Assembly (NCBI RefSeq): GCF_030253515.1
Contig: NZ_CP124549.1
Coordinates: forward strand, 30,001 to 62,000
Source: Candidatus Nanosynbacter lyticus
GTDB lineage: Bacteria > Patescibacteriota > Saccharimonadia > Saccharimonadales > Saccharimonadaceae
Length of the DNA stretch: 32,000 nucleotides
Direction: 5' to 3'
The notes below the pieces were generated by a model, which had not been told where the DNA came from, searched no databases, and was given only the letters and a program-made list of their open reading frames with translations. Every line of letters starts with the position of its first letter. Within the stretch, counting starts at the first letter, position 1. This document shows, piece after piece, positions 14,793-23,310 of the stretch. The position numbers were made by a program, and so were the translations under genes.

Positions 14793-16436
14793 ATGGCAAA
14801 AAAAGTTTTTTACGATGATGATGCGCGCGCTCGCGTGTTGGGCGGTGCCGAGGCACTGTATAACGCAGTCAAGGTAACCTACGGGCCAAAGGGCCGCAAT
14901 GTGGTGATTGCCAAGGGGTTTGGCGGACCAACCGTGACGCATGACGGTGTAACGGTGGCGGAAGGTATTGAGCTGGGTGAGCAAGACGACGAGACACTGG
15001 GTTATAAGGTCGGTGCTGATTTGATCAAACAGGCGGCCAAGAACTTGAACAAGCAGGCTGGCGACGGCACCACGACTGTGACGGTACTGACCTATTCGAT
15101 TTTGAAGGAGGCTAACCGGTTGATCGCAGCGGGCCACAACCCAATGGAGCTGCGCAAGGGCATCGAGCAGGCCGGTGCGGAAATTGTCAAAGAGCTGAAC
15201 AAATTAGCTGAGCCAATTGAAGGCAAGTCTGAGCGTGTGGCAGAAGTGGCAACCATTTCGGCGGGCGACGCGGAAATTGGCAAATTGATCGCTGGTGTCA
15301 TCGAGAAAGTTGGTAAAGACGGCGTGGTAACGGTTGAGGCTGGCCAAGGTTTGGAGCTGGAGGCTGAGGTTGTTGAAGGCTTCAGCCTGGACAAAGGCTG
15401 GGTCAGTCCGTTCTTTGTCACCGACACCGGTCGGCAAGAGGCGGTTTATGAAAAGCCAGCGATTTTGATCACCGATAAGAAGATTTCCAGCGTGCAAGAG
15501 TTCCTACCAATGCTGGAAAAATTGGCACAAAGTGGGAAAAAGGATGTGGTGCTGATCGCTGATGAAGTTGAAGGTGAGGCGCTGAGTATCTTGGTGCTGA
15601 ACAAGCTCAAGGGCGTGTTTAACACCGTGGCGGTCAAGGCACCAAGCTTTGGCGACCGCCGCAAGGAGATTTTACGCGATATCGCAGTGTTGACTGGCGC
15701 AACGGTGATTTCTGAGGATCATGGTTTGACGTTTGAGAATGCTGGCTTAGAGGTGTTGGGTTCGGCGCGCAAGGTGATTGTCGGTAAAGATGAAACCACC
15801 ATCGTTGAGGGCGCGGGTAAGCCGTCAGCAGTGAAGGAACAAATCGCTCAGATCAAGGCGCTGTCCGACAATGCTTCCAGCGAGTACGAAAAAGAACAAT
15901 TCGACAAGCGGGCAGCTGCCTTGAGCGGCAAGGTGGCCGTTATTAAAGTCGGCGGCGCGACCGAGACAGAAATTGACGAAAAGAAGTTCCGGGTGGACGA
16001 CGCAGTGGCAGCGACCAAGGCAGCCTTGGCTGAAGGAATTGTCGCCGGTGGTGGCGTCACGCTGGTGAATTTGGCTGGCGGCTTGAAAGTGAGCGGTGCA
16101 GATAGCATCGCGGCTGGCCGGCAGATTCTAAAGGATGCCCTGAAGCAGCCGTTCCTACAGATTATGCGTAACGCTGGCTTGAATGCCGACGCGCTGCTAG
16201 CGCAAGTCGAGGCGGGCAAGGCTGGCTTTGGCGTTAATGTCATGGATCCGGAAGCAGGCCTGGTGGACGTCAAAAAAGCTGGCGTCATCGACCCAGCGCG
16301 CGTCACTAAGGAAGCAGTGCAGAACGCGGTATCTATCGCCTCAACCGCAGCAACCATGGGCGCACTGGTCGTCGACGTACCAGAGCCAGAAGCTCCAGCT
16401 GTGCCTGGTGGCATGCCAGGTATGGGGATGATGTAA
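14793..16436 (+). CDS. groEL: Chaperonin GroEL
   Basis: The protein begins MAKKVFYDDDAR, contains AGDGTTTVTVL and ends with the GGMPGMGMM tail. The true ATG is at 14793. Confidence 0.95.
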   Translation: MAKKVFYDDDARARVLGGAEALYNAVKVTYGPKGRNVVIAKGFGGPTVTHDGVTVAEGIELGEQDDETLGYKVGADLIKQAAKNLNKQAGDGTTTVTVLTYSILKEANRLIAAGHNPMELRKGIEQAGAEIVKELNKLAEPIEGKSERVAEVATISAGDAEIGKLIAGVIEKVGKDGVVTVEAGQGLELEAEVVEGFSLDKGWVSPFFVTDTGRQEAVYEKPAILITDKKISSVQEFLPMLEKLAQSGKKDVVLIADEVEGEALSILVLNKLKGVFNTVAVKAPSFGDRRKEILRDIAVLTGATVISEDHGLTFENAGLEVLGSARKVIVGKDETTIVEGAGKPSAVKEQIAQIKALSDNASSEYEKEQFDKRAAALSGKVAVIKVGGATETEIDEKKFRVDDAVAATKAALAEGIVAGGGVTLVNLAGGLKVSGADSIAAGRQILKDALKQPFLQIMRNAGLNADALLAQVEAGKAGFGVNVMDPEAGLVDVKKAGVIDPARVTKEAVQNAVSIASTAATMGALVVDVPEPEAPAVPGGMPGMGMM

Positions 16437-16455
16437 GACTCTTGCTTCTACCAGT

Positions 16456-16488
16456 AAAATGTCCCGTATGAAGCGGGACATTTTATAT
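16456..16488. terminator. Rho-independent terminator after groEL
   Basis: Stem aaaatgtcccg / cgggacatttt with a tatgaag loop. It is A/T-flanked on both sides, so it may act bidirectionally. Confidence 0.7.
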
Positions 16489-16549
16489 TGCTCGTGAAGT
16501 GAATTACCGACCTTGGGCCTGCGCTCTGTTTATGTTTGAGTCTGCAGTC

Positions 16550-17020
16550 TCAGCTCTGCGACAAGAAATCAATTTCCTTGATAATATCGAGCAGCGCCTG
16601 GGCTTTGCGGGTCTCGTCGGGGATGGCGACGGCCGCTTCGTGTGCTGGGGCGATTAGCGAGGTGTCGTCAGTTGAGCGCAGCAATAGGAGGTAGGTGTCG
16701 AACTTTTCCTCGGGCGAGACGTTGAGCTTGTTGACCAGTGGTCGAAGTTCATTTAGAGCATTTTGCTTGATATCATCAAGTGACATATCGGTCGGCGTGG
16801 TATATGGCCGACTAGTGTTATCGGTAGTTGGCCGTGGTGCTGGTGCGGCCGACCCGGGTGCGACGCCGGTCTGTGGCTTGGTCGGGCGACTGGTCGTGTC
16901 GGCGTCCTGGGCGCCGGTTTCTTCAAATCGTAGATTGTCATCATTGCCACCAGAGACGCCCGCTAGCACGTTGGCTAGATCTCGATCGCTGTTGACTTGT
17001 CCGCTGTCTTGAATTGTCAT
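16550..17020 (-). CDS. Hypothetical protein with a Pro/Thr-rich disordered centre
   Basis: A 156-aa ORF with a GAGGTGGGG Shine-Dalgarno sequence upstream of the ATG at 17020. I recognise no motif in it. Confidence 0.5.
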   Translation of the reverse strand: MTIQDSGQVNSDRDLANVLAGVSGGNDDNLRFEETGAQDADTTSRPTKPQTGVAPGSAAPAPRPTTDNTSRPYTTPTDMSLDDIKQNALNELRPLVNKLNVSPEEKFDTYLLLLRSTDDTSLIAPAHEAAVAIPDETRKAQALLDIIKEIDFLSQS

Positions 17021-17060
17021 ACCCCACCTCTTTTCACATTACGGTTACGCTTGCTTCCTA

Positions 17061-17069
17061 TGTTATACT
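17061..17069 (+). promoter_or_regulatory. Extended -10 promoter element for the isomerase gene
   Basis: TGTTATACT lies 28 nt upstream of the ATG. It is followed by an AAGGAGGA Shine-Dalgarno sequence. Confidence 0.4.
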
Positions 17070-17097
17070 GTAACACAGGAAAAGGAGGAATTTCAAG

Positions 17098-18135
17098 ATG
17101 CTTGACGATAAAAATCTTTTAGCGCAGCGCGATCCGGGCAGTACACGAACGAGTGCGGTGGCGGTAACGATGCAGACGGACTTTGCGGCTGAAGTGGAGT
17201 CACCGGCGACCCCTAGTGAGGTGGCTAATGTGGTGCTGGCGGGTATGGGCGGTTCGGCGCTGGCGGCAGATATGGTCAAGGTGCTGACGGCGGATCGGAT
17301 TATGGTGCCGCTTGAGGTAGTGAAAGGCTACCAGTTGCCGAATTTTGTGAACGAAAAAACACTAGTTATTGCTATCAGCCACTCGGGCAACACCGAGGAG
17401 ACGATGAGCTGTTACCAGCAGGCTCGTGAGCATGGCTGCCAGTTGGCGGTGATGGCGACGGGCGGGAAATTGTTTATGGCGGCCGAGGCCGATAATCTGC
17501 CGCGGGTGCGCGTCCCGTCGGGCGGCCAGCCGCGGATGTCAACGATTTATCATTTGCGTGGGCTGCTGAAGCTGCTCAGTCAGTTTGAGGTGATTGACGA
17601 TAGTCTGTACCACGCGGTCGCAACCAGTGGTGTGTGGCTGAAAGATCAGCTGAGCCAGTGGGCCGAGGATGTACCGACGGCGGATAATTATGCCAAGCAA
17701 CTGGCGCTTAAGCTCGTTGGTTCGACCCAGGTGTTTTATGCGGGCGAGCTGACATGGCCGCTGGCGTATAAGTGGAAGATTAGCTTTAACGAGTCAGCGA
17801 AAAACGTGGCGTTTTGGAATCAATATCCGGAGTTCAGCCACAATGAATTCATCGGCTGGTCATCACATCCGGTCGATAAACCATATAAGGTCGTGGATTT
17901 TCGGAGCAGCCTTGAGCGTCCGCGAATTCGGGAGCGGATGGAGCTGACCGATCGGTTGCTGTCGGGTATGCGCCCGAAGGCCGAAGTAGTCGAGCTACAG
18001 GGCAAGACGCTGCTCGAGCAGCTGCTGTGGGGGCTGGCGCTGGGCGAGATTGTCAGTATCTATGCGGGCATTCTCAACGGTGTTAATCCAGAGCCAGTGG
18101 CGCTGGTGGAGCAGCTAAAGAGAGAATTGTCGTAG
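17098..18135 (+). CDS. Bifunctional phosphoglucose/phosphomannose isomerase family (SIS domain) protein
   Basis: A 345-aa ORF with GMGGSALAADM and ISHSGNTEET SIS motifs. Its size and layout fit the PGI/PMI family. Confidence 0.7.
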   Translation: MLDDKNLLAQRDPGSTRTSAVAVTMQTDFAAEVESPATPSEVANVVLAGMGGSALAADMVKVLTADRIMVPLEVVKGYQLPNFVNEKTLVIAISHSGNTEETMSCYQQAREHGCQLAVMATGGKLFMAAEADNLPRVRVPSGGQPRMSTIYHLRGLLKLLSQFEVIDDSLYHAVATSGVWLKDQLSQWAEDVPTADNYAKQLALKLVGSTQVFYAGELTWPLAYKWKISFNESAKNVAFWNQYPEFSHNEFIGWSSHPVDKPYKVVDFRSSLERPRIRERMELTDRLLSGMRPKAEVVELQGKTLLEQLLWGLALGEIVSIYAGILNGVNPEPVALVEQLKRELS

Positions 18136-18155
18136 GCTCATTTGAGCCGGAGAAT

Positions 18156-18195
18156 AAAAAGCGGCGCCCGGGGAGTGGGGCGTCGCTTTTATTTT
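18156..18195. terminator. Bidirectional rho-independent terminator between convergent genes
   Basis: aaaaagcggcgccc-ggggagt-ggggcgtcgcttttatttt: a GC-rich stem flanked by an A-tract and a T-tract. Confidence 0.7.
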
Positions 18196-18230
18196 AGAGC
18201 CCATTGAAGGTCGTGGCGGATTTGTGTGAA

Positions 18231-19448
18231 TCAGTGGCGCAAGCTCTCGATCGGGTCTTTGCCGGCAGCGCGGCTGGCTGGATAGATGCCAAAGAGCATA
18301 CCGATGATCAGCGCTCCGCCGATGGTCAGGGCGGCTGCTTGCCACTCGAGAACCGGGGTGAATGGTAGGTACATGCCGAGGAGGAACGACGCGCCGAGGC
18401 CGATAACGTAGCCAAGAATACCGCCAAATAGGCCGATGATGGCTGATTCGATGAGGAATTGGGCGACGATGGTGCGGTTGGTGGCGCCAACGGCTTTGCG
18501 GATACCGACTTCGCGCTGGCGTTCGGCGACCGAAACCAGCATGATGTTAGTGATGCCGATGCCGCCGACCAGTAGCGAGATGCCGGCGATAACCGCCATG
18601 GCTGTTGAGAGCGCGTTCACTAGGTGTGAATTTGGTGCGGTGATGGCTTGGCCGACCAAGGTGTGGTAGTCGGTATCGCCCTGATGCTGCTGGGCAAGAA
18701 CTTTTTTGGCTGCATCAATTTTGGCTTGCAACGCCGTACCGTTGTCGGCAGTGATGAGGATTTGCTGGATTTGGGCGGTGTTTTGGGTGAACTTTTTGCT
18801 GACGGCCAGCGGCAGGATGATAGAGCGATTAAAATCAACACCGAGGTAACTAGGCGCAGTTTCCGGCTCGTCGAGGACGCCGACCACCGTGAGCGTCTCG
18901 CCGCGGAGCTTGAGGACGCTGCCGAGGGATTTTTCGGTGCCGAATAGGTCAATTGACAGCTGTTTACCGATCACGACGCCGTTGGCCTCGTCGATGAATT
19001 GTCCTTCGCGCAACTTGAGGCTGGCGAGTTTGGCCAGTTCGCCCGAGCTGCCGATAACGGTGGTGCGCTCTAGCTTCGTCTTGCCGTCCGGTGTTGATAT
19101 ATTCGTGCGAAACGTTGCCAGTGGTGCGGCGCTGTTGTCGGTCGCCTTGGCAATTTCTCGGGCGTCCTGTTCGGTCAGTGTGTTCACCATCTGGGCGGCG
19201 TGTCCGGAGCTGAGTGACAGCAATGAATCCGGCCGCGCCTCGCTGCCAGACCGGATTAGTGCGGTGGTGTCAGAGATCTTGGCGGATTGATCACCAAATA
19301 GGCGGCTCGTGCCGGTCAGCAGCGACAAGATAATAGTAATGCTGGCGATGCCGACCATGATGCCAAAAATCGATAGGTAGGTGCGGACTTTATTTGACTT
19401 GAGCGATTCAGTCGCGTTCTCGAAGTGATTATTGAGGAGCATTTTCAT
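18231..19448 (-). CDS. ABC transporter permease, MacB/FtsX family
   Basis: A 405-aa ORF with an N-terminal TM segment, a large extracytoplasmic domain and a C-terminal FtsX-type 3-TM bundle. Its start overlaps the ATPase stop (ATGA). Confidence 0.8.
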   Translation of the reverse strand: MKMLLNNHFENATESLKSNKVRTYLSIFGIMVGIASITIILSLLTGTSRLFGDQSAKISDTTALIRSGSEARPDSLLSLSSGHAAQMVNTLTEQDAREIAKATDNSAAPLATFRTNISTPDGKTKLERTTVIGSSGELAKLASLKLREGQFIDEANGVVIGKQLSIDLFGTEKSLGSVLKLRGETLTVVGVLDEPETAPSYLGVDFNRSIILPLAVSKKFTQNTAQIQQILITADNGTALQAKIDAAKKVLAQQHQGDTDYHTLVGQAITAPNSHLVNALSTAMAVIAGISLLVGGIGITNIMLVSVAERQREVGIRKAVGATNRTIVAQFLIESAIIGLFGGILGYVIGLGASFLLGMYLPFTPVLEWQAAALTIGGALIIGMLFGIYPASRAAGKDPIESLRH

Positions 19449-20611
19449 GACTTTTTCGTAGCTTTCCGTTCTTTTTTGACTGGTTTCTTGGTTGATTTGG
19501 CGGCATCGGTTTTTGCGTCGTCGGCTTTATCGGACTTAGGGGCGGGTTTCTTTTCGGTCGACGGAGCAGCGGTTTTTGCGGCGTCAGAATCTATTGATTT
19601 TTTACTATGATCGCTGTCAGCTTTAACAGTCTTTGTGGTTGCTTTGGCTGAAGCAGCGCCAAGCGGCCGCTTTGGTGGGAGATCATCCGGCGATTTCACT
19701 GGATCAGCTGGCTTGTTGGGAGTAGCAGATGGGGCTGCCTTCTCGGTCGTTGGTTTTTCAGGAGTGGTTTTGGTTGGCTCGGCTTTCTCTACTTTCTCGC
19801 CCTTTTCCTCTGACTCGTCTTTTGTGTCTTTGGCGGCTACTGTGTGCGTCGGCGTTGAACTCACCGGAGTTGCTGGTTGGTCATCGCCGCCCAGCTTTTG
19901 CTTAAAGATCTTCTTGATGTGGTGCGTATCGGTATCAATGCGCCCATCGAGCATAGAAATCACCCGGCTGGCATAGGACAGCAGCTCTGGATTGTGCGTC
20001 ACCATGATAATCGTATTGCCTCGGCGGTGAATGTCGGACAGCTCCTCCATGATGATGTGGCTGGACTTGGAATCGAGGTTGCCGGTCGGCTCGTCGGCCA
20101 GGATGATTGATGGGCTGTTGACCAGTGCTCGGGCGATTGCCACGCGCTGAACCTGACCGCCAGATAGCTGATGCGGCAGATAATACTCGCGCTCGCCCAG
20201 ATGGAAGTTGCGCAAGATTCGGCTGGCTTCCTGGAGGCGCTTGGTCTTGCTGATGCCTTTATAGGTGAGCGGCAGGGCAACATTATCGATCACCGTCAGG
20301 CGTGGGATGAGATTGAAATGTTGAAAAATAAAGCCAATATCGCGCGAACGAATCGTGGCGTGATGGGTTGCCGTCAGATCCTCGACTGGTTTATTGTCAA
20401 GGTAATACTCGCCCTCTGACGGGTGGTCGAGCAGCCCGAGGATGTTAAGCAGGGTCGTCTTGCCGCAGCCGGACGGGCCGACGATGGCGATAAATTCACC
20501 CTTTTTGACCTCGAGATTGACATTGTCCAGCGCCACCTGCTCGGCGTCACCAAAGCCAAATCGTTTGGTTACATTAGTAAGTTTAATTCGCGTTGAAGGA
20601 TCGTTCATCAT
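19445..20611 (-). CDS. ABC transporter ATP-binding protein (MacB/LolD-like) with a roughly 160-aa Lys/Pro/Ala/Thr-rich C-terminal tail
   Basis: Contains Walker A GPSGCGKTT, the signature LSGGQVQR and Walker B IILADEPT. I prefer the ATG at 20611 (MMNDPST...), which has TGTCTATAAT 7 nt upstream. The ORF track starts at a TTG at 20629. Confidence 0.85.
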   Translation of the reverse strand: MMNDPSTRIKLTNVTKRFGFGDAEQVALDNVNLEVKKGEFIAIVGPSGCGKTTLLNILGLLDHPSEGEYYLDNKPVEDLTATHHATIRSRDIGFIFQHFNLIPRLTVIDNVALPLTYKGISKTKRLQEASRILRNFHLGEREYYLPHQLSGGQVQRVAIARALVNSPSIILADEPTGNLDSKSSHIIMEELSDIHRRGNTIIMVTHNPELLSYASRVISMLDGRIDTDTHHIKKIFKQKLGGDDQPATPVSSTPTHTVAAKDTKDESEEKGEKVEKAEPTKTTPEKPTTEKAAPSATPNKPADPVKSPDDLPPKRPLGAASAKATTKTVKADSDHSKKSIDSDAAKTAAPSTEKKPAPKSDKADDAKTDAAKSTKKPVKKERKATKKS

Positions 20612-20664
20612 TGCCTTTATTATAGACAAAAAGCCGCTCCGGTTGCAACCGCTAGCGGACTTTC

Positions 20665-20673
20665 TGTTATAAT
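20665..20673 (+). promoter_or_regulatory. Extended -10 promoter for tRNA-Ser
   Basis: TGTTATAAT ends 9 nt upstream of the first base of the tRNA. Confidence 0.5.
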
Positions 20674-20682
20674 ATGCATCAC

Positions 20683-20774
20683 GGAAGGATGCAGGAGTGG
20701 TTGAACTGGCACGCCTGGAAAGTGTGTAGGCTCTTCACGGGGCCTCCGGGGTTCGAATCCCCGTCCTTCCGCCA
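20683..20774 (+). tRNA. tRNA-Ser (anticodon GGA), with encoded CCA
   Basis: Manual fold: acceptor stem GGAAGGA/TCCTTCC; anticodon stem CACGC/GTGTG with loop CTGGAAA; a long variable arm; T-arm CGGGG-TTCGAAT-CCCCG; discriminator G followed by CCA. Confidence 0.85.
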
Positions 20775-20795
20775 AGAGATATTTGAGAGGGCATT

Positions 20796-21023
20796 ATGGA
20801 AATATACGAACATCATACAGAAAAGCGTATAGAAACAAGAGAACATTATACGTACTTAATCAATATTTTGATAGGCGCATATAATGCTGGTAAGCTACCA
20901 GAGATAAAAGATATTATTATCGAACCTGAATATGGGTATGTGGCGTCAATTAAGTATAATTCTGGAGAACACAGAGTTTTATATGGACATGATCCTGGGT
21001 TTAATTCAGGAAGCGCAGAGTAA
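20796..21023 (+). CDS. N-terminal fragment of an ATP-grasp ligase (ends at an in-frame TAA)
   Basis: A 75-aa ORF in the same frame as 21054..21869. Only the TAA at 21021-21023 separates ...GFNSGSAE from LANDKGYTKFLLRENGI. Confidence 0.5.
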   Translation: MEIYEHHTEKRIETREHYTYLINILIGAYNAGKLPEIKDIIIEPEYGYVASIKYNSGEHRVLYGHDPGFNSGSAE

Positions 21024-21053
21024 TTAGCTAATGATAAGGGGTATACAAAGTTT

Positions 21054-21869
21054 TTGCTTAGAGAAAATGGCATAGATTGTGCAAGAGGTTCTGAATTTCT
21101 TTTACCTTGGTGGGCGGATATGCTGCGTCAATCAGACCGTCAGCAGTTTAATCACTCTATGCGTGACACAAAAGAAGCCCTTGGCTATATTGATGAATCT
21201 TTAGGATTTCCTGTCTATATTAAACCTAGCAGAGGTTCTCAAGGAGTTGGTGTAGCTAGAGTTGAAACCGCTGAAGAACTTGATAAGCTTCTTAACCAGT
21301 GTAACGAGGAGCGCGTTAAAGTAGCTGTCATTGAAGAAGAATTAAAAATGCCTGACTATCGCATATTGGTTTTTGATGATGAGGTAGTTAATGCCTATGA
21401 GAGACGACCTTTTTCTGTTAAGGGTGATGGAGTAAGTAATTTAGAACAGCTAATTGATTTGAAACATAAGACCTTGGTAGATTCTGGTAGAGATATACAT
21501 TTTGAAAGGCAGCTACCTATAATTATGAATAAATTGGGGAAAATGGGTCTGTCTATGACCGATATTATACCGAAAGGCACAGATGTTCGTTTGATGGATA
21601 TATCAAATTTATCAGCAGGAGGAACGCCAGTTGATGTCGGTGAAGTTATGCATCAACGGTGGCGAGATCTAGCTGTCAGGGTGGCAAGAATCTTTGATTT
21701 ACGAATATGTGGGGTTGATTTGGCGTGTAAGGATATTACGCAATCAGATAGCGAATACGGCGTAATAGAGGTAAACGCAACGCCTGGTGCCAAACAATTT
21801 ATGGCAAGCGGCGTGGCTCAGCAGGAAAAGCTAGAAGATATTTTTGTTAAATTCTTCCGAACATTATAA
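21054..21869 (+). CDS. ATP-grasp ligase domain protein (cyanophycin-synthetase / RimK-like ATP-grasp), C-terminal part
   Basis: Contains DKxxTKxxLxxxGI (encoded from 21033), FPVYIKPSRGSQGVGV, DYRILVFDDEV, NLSAGG and IEVNATPG. The frame is open from 21024. Confidence 0.65.
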   Translation: MLRENGIDCARGSEFLLPWWADMLRQSDRQQFNHSMRDTKEALGYIDESLGFPVYIKPSRGSQGVGVARVETAEELDKLLNQCNEERVKVAVIEEELKMPDYRILVFDDEVVNAYERRPFSVKGDGVSNLEQLIDLKHKTLVDSGRDIHFERQLPIIMNKLGKMGLSMTDIIPKGTDVRLMDISNLSAGGTPVDVGEVMHQRWRDLAVRVARIFDLRICGVDLACKDITQSDSEYGVIEVNATPGAKQFMASGVAQQEKLEDIFVKFFRTL

Positions 21870-21873
21870 TGAT

Positions 21874-23112
21874 CTACCTTGCCGCAAATTCACTCACCAA
21901 ATAAAACGACCCGGTAACAACGACGTACGTATCGAGTTGCCGGGCCTTCTTGATAGCTTTCGCGAGAGCCTTGTCTGTATTATGTTCAATCTCGACTGCA
22001 GATTTCATGACATGGCGGATAATTTCCGGCGGCATGTTGCGGTGATTTTTGCCGTAATTGGTGCTAAATGTGGTGGCGTAGGTTAGTTGCGCCAGGTTGT
22101 CAATTATAGCAAGCGATTCTGCTATTGATGACTGCTTATTTTGCCCGAATGCTACTACGAAGATAGGCTTTTTATCCGGATATAATTTCCGCAATGAATC
22201 AATCAAAGCGCGGATTTTCTGGGGATTATGCGCAACATCAAATATGATGTTAACTCCATCAACATTGCGCTTCTCTAACCGTCCAGGAATAGTGATATGC
22301 ACGGATTTTTCCAGAACTTCTTTTGGCAGGGACGGCTTTTTATTCAGTGCCAGCTGCTTTTCGACGGCGCGGTACGCCAATGTCCAATTCCGCTGCTGAA
22401 AATCCGGCAGTATTTTCAGGAATTCGCTAGTCACTGGTGAAGTAATCGAGAATTGTGTATGCTGCTCCTCTGCACGTTGTCGAACAACCATTTCAATCTC
22501 AGAAGCTTGCCGGTTCATAACGACTGAATCGCTTTGATGGATAATGCCAGCTTTTTCTTGGGCGATTTCTGTCAGAGTATTGCCTAATAATTCCGTATGG
22601 TCTAGTCCGATATCAGTGATGACGCGTACCGTTGGCGAACGGAAAATCACGTTGGTTGTATCTAGCCGACCGCCAATCCCAACCTCAATTATGATATAAT
22701 CAACTCTCATTTCCTTAAATAGCCAAAAACTAAAAATCGTCAAAAATTCAAAATACGATAGATGCAGGTTGTGTACTATATAAAGATTGGCAAACGCTTG
22801 AAAATAATGCAAATATTCTTGTTCAGGCAGTGGCTGTCCGTTGATTAGCGAGCGCTCGGCGACGCTGGCAATATGCGGCGACACTAACATGCCGGTAGTA
22901 TAGCCAGCCCGGTTCAGTAAACTGGTAGCATAATAAGCAGTCGAACCCTTGCCGGAGGTGCCGGCGATGTGGATGGCGGGAATTTGATTTTGCGGACTGC
23001 CAAGGGTTTCCAAAATATGCGCTACATATGCCAGCCGATCATGCTTTTTGGGCGGATGAGCAATTAGCTCGTCCAAAAAATAAGTGGCGTCGCGCATTGA
23101 GGCAAATTTCAT
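21874..23112 (-). CDS. folC: Folylpolyglutamate synthase/dihydrofolate synthase family Mur-ligase (FolC-like)
   Basis: Contains the IHIAGTSGKGST P-loop and has FolC-like length and layout (412 aa). TGCTATAAT lies 10 nt upstream of the ATG. Confidence 0.75.
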   Translation of the reverse strand: MKFASMRDATYFLDELIAHPPKKHDRLAYVAHILETLGSPQNQIPAIHIAGTSGKGSTAYYATSLLNRAGYTTGMLVSPHIASVAERSLINGQPLPEQEYLHYFQAFANLYIVHNLHLSYFEFLTIFSFWLFKEMRVDYIIIEVGIGGRLDTTNVIFRSPTVRVITDIGLDHTELLGNTLTEIAQEKAGIIHQSDSVVMNRQASEIEMVVRQRAEEQHTQFSITSPVTSEFLKILPDFQQRNWTLAYRAVEKQLALNKKPSLPKEVLEKSVHITIPGRLEKRNVDGVNIIFDVAHNPQKIRALIDSLRKLYPDKKPIFVVAFGQNKQSSIAESLAIIDNLAQLTYATTFSTNYGKNHRNMPPEIIRHVMKSAVEIEHNTDKALAKAIKKARQLDTYVVVTGSFYLVSEFAAR

Positions 23113-23160
23113 ACCGTATCTGATTATAGCAAAAATAGGTTGTAAAATTTACCAAATGTC

Positions 23161-23216
23161 TTGAAAAACACTATATGTAGCGGCTATAGTTAGTGTTGTA
23201 CGCTATATATGTAGCG
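23161..23216 (+). promoter_or_regulatory. nrd promoter with two NrdR-box-like palindromes
   Basis: -35 TTGAAA (23161-66), an 18-nt spacer, then -10 TATAGT (23185-90). Box 1 is ACACTATATGTAGCGG (23168-83), inside the spacer. Box 2 is CGCTATATATGTAGCG (23201-16), palindromic at 14 of 16 positions. The box starts are about 32-33 bp apart, roughly three helical turns. Confidence 0.6.
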
Positions 23217-23253
23217 AACCCATAAATAAATAAAAAGGCAAATTATCCAAATG

Positions 23254-23287
23254 AGCCACCAGATGGGGTACTGGCGGCTGATTTTTA
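23254..23287 (+). promoter_or_regulatory. Terminator-like hairpin in the nrdA 5' leader (possible attenuator)
   Basis: agccaccag-atggggta-ctggcggct pairs at 8 of 9 positions and is followed by gattttta. It lies between the promoter and the AAGGAGGG Shine-Dalgarno sequence of nrdA. Confidence 0.35.
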
Positions 23288-23310
23288 GCAGGGCAAATTA
23301 AGGAGGGTAC

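Noticed and set aside
14652-16414. Several long ORFs in alternative frames or antisense to groES/groEL (14652..15137, 15092..15427, 15204..15497, 15446..15664, 15848..16414, 16228..16431)
   Set aside because: They overlap an unambiguous, highly conserved groEL frame. They have the Ala/Ser/Pro/Thr-rich composition typical of off-frame translation of GC-rich genes.
19445-19960. The ABC ATPase tail as a second palindromic (RPE-like) insertion
   Set aside because: I found no inverted-repeat symmetry comparable to the tsaD insert and no gaattaacaac/gttgttaattc arms. It looks like ordinary low-complexity coding sequence.
21874-23112. FolC-like gene plus the neighbouring ATP-grasp gene as a split cyanophycin synthetase
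   Set aside because: The genes are convergent on opposite strands. The Mur-ligase ORF has typical FolC length and a typical P-loop context. The idea is mentioned only as a remote possibility in the ATP-grasp finding.
23251-23301. 16-codon mini-ORF (MSHQMGYWRLIFSRAN*) overlapping the nrdA leader hairpin, considered as a leader peptide
   Set aside because: It has only a weak, distant Shine-Dalgarno-like sequence and no run of regulatory codons. It cannot be distinguished from chance at this length. The hairpin is kept only as a possible attenuator.
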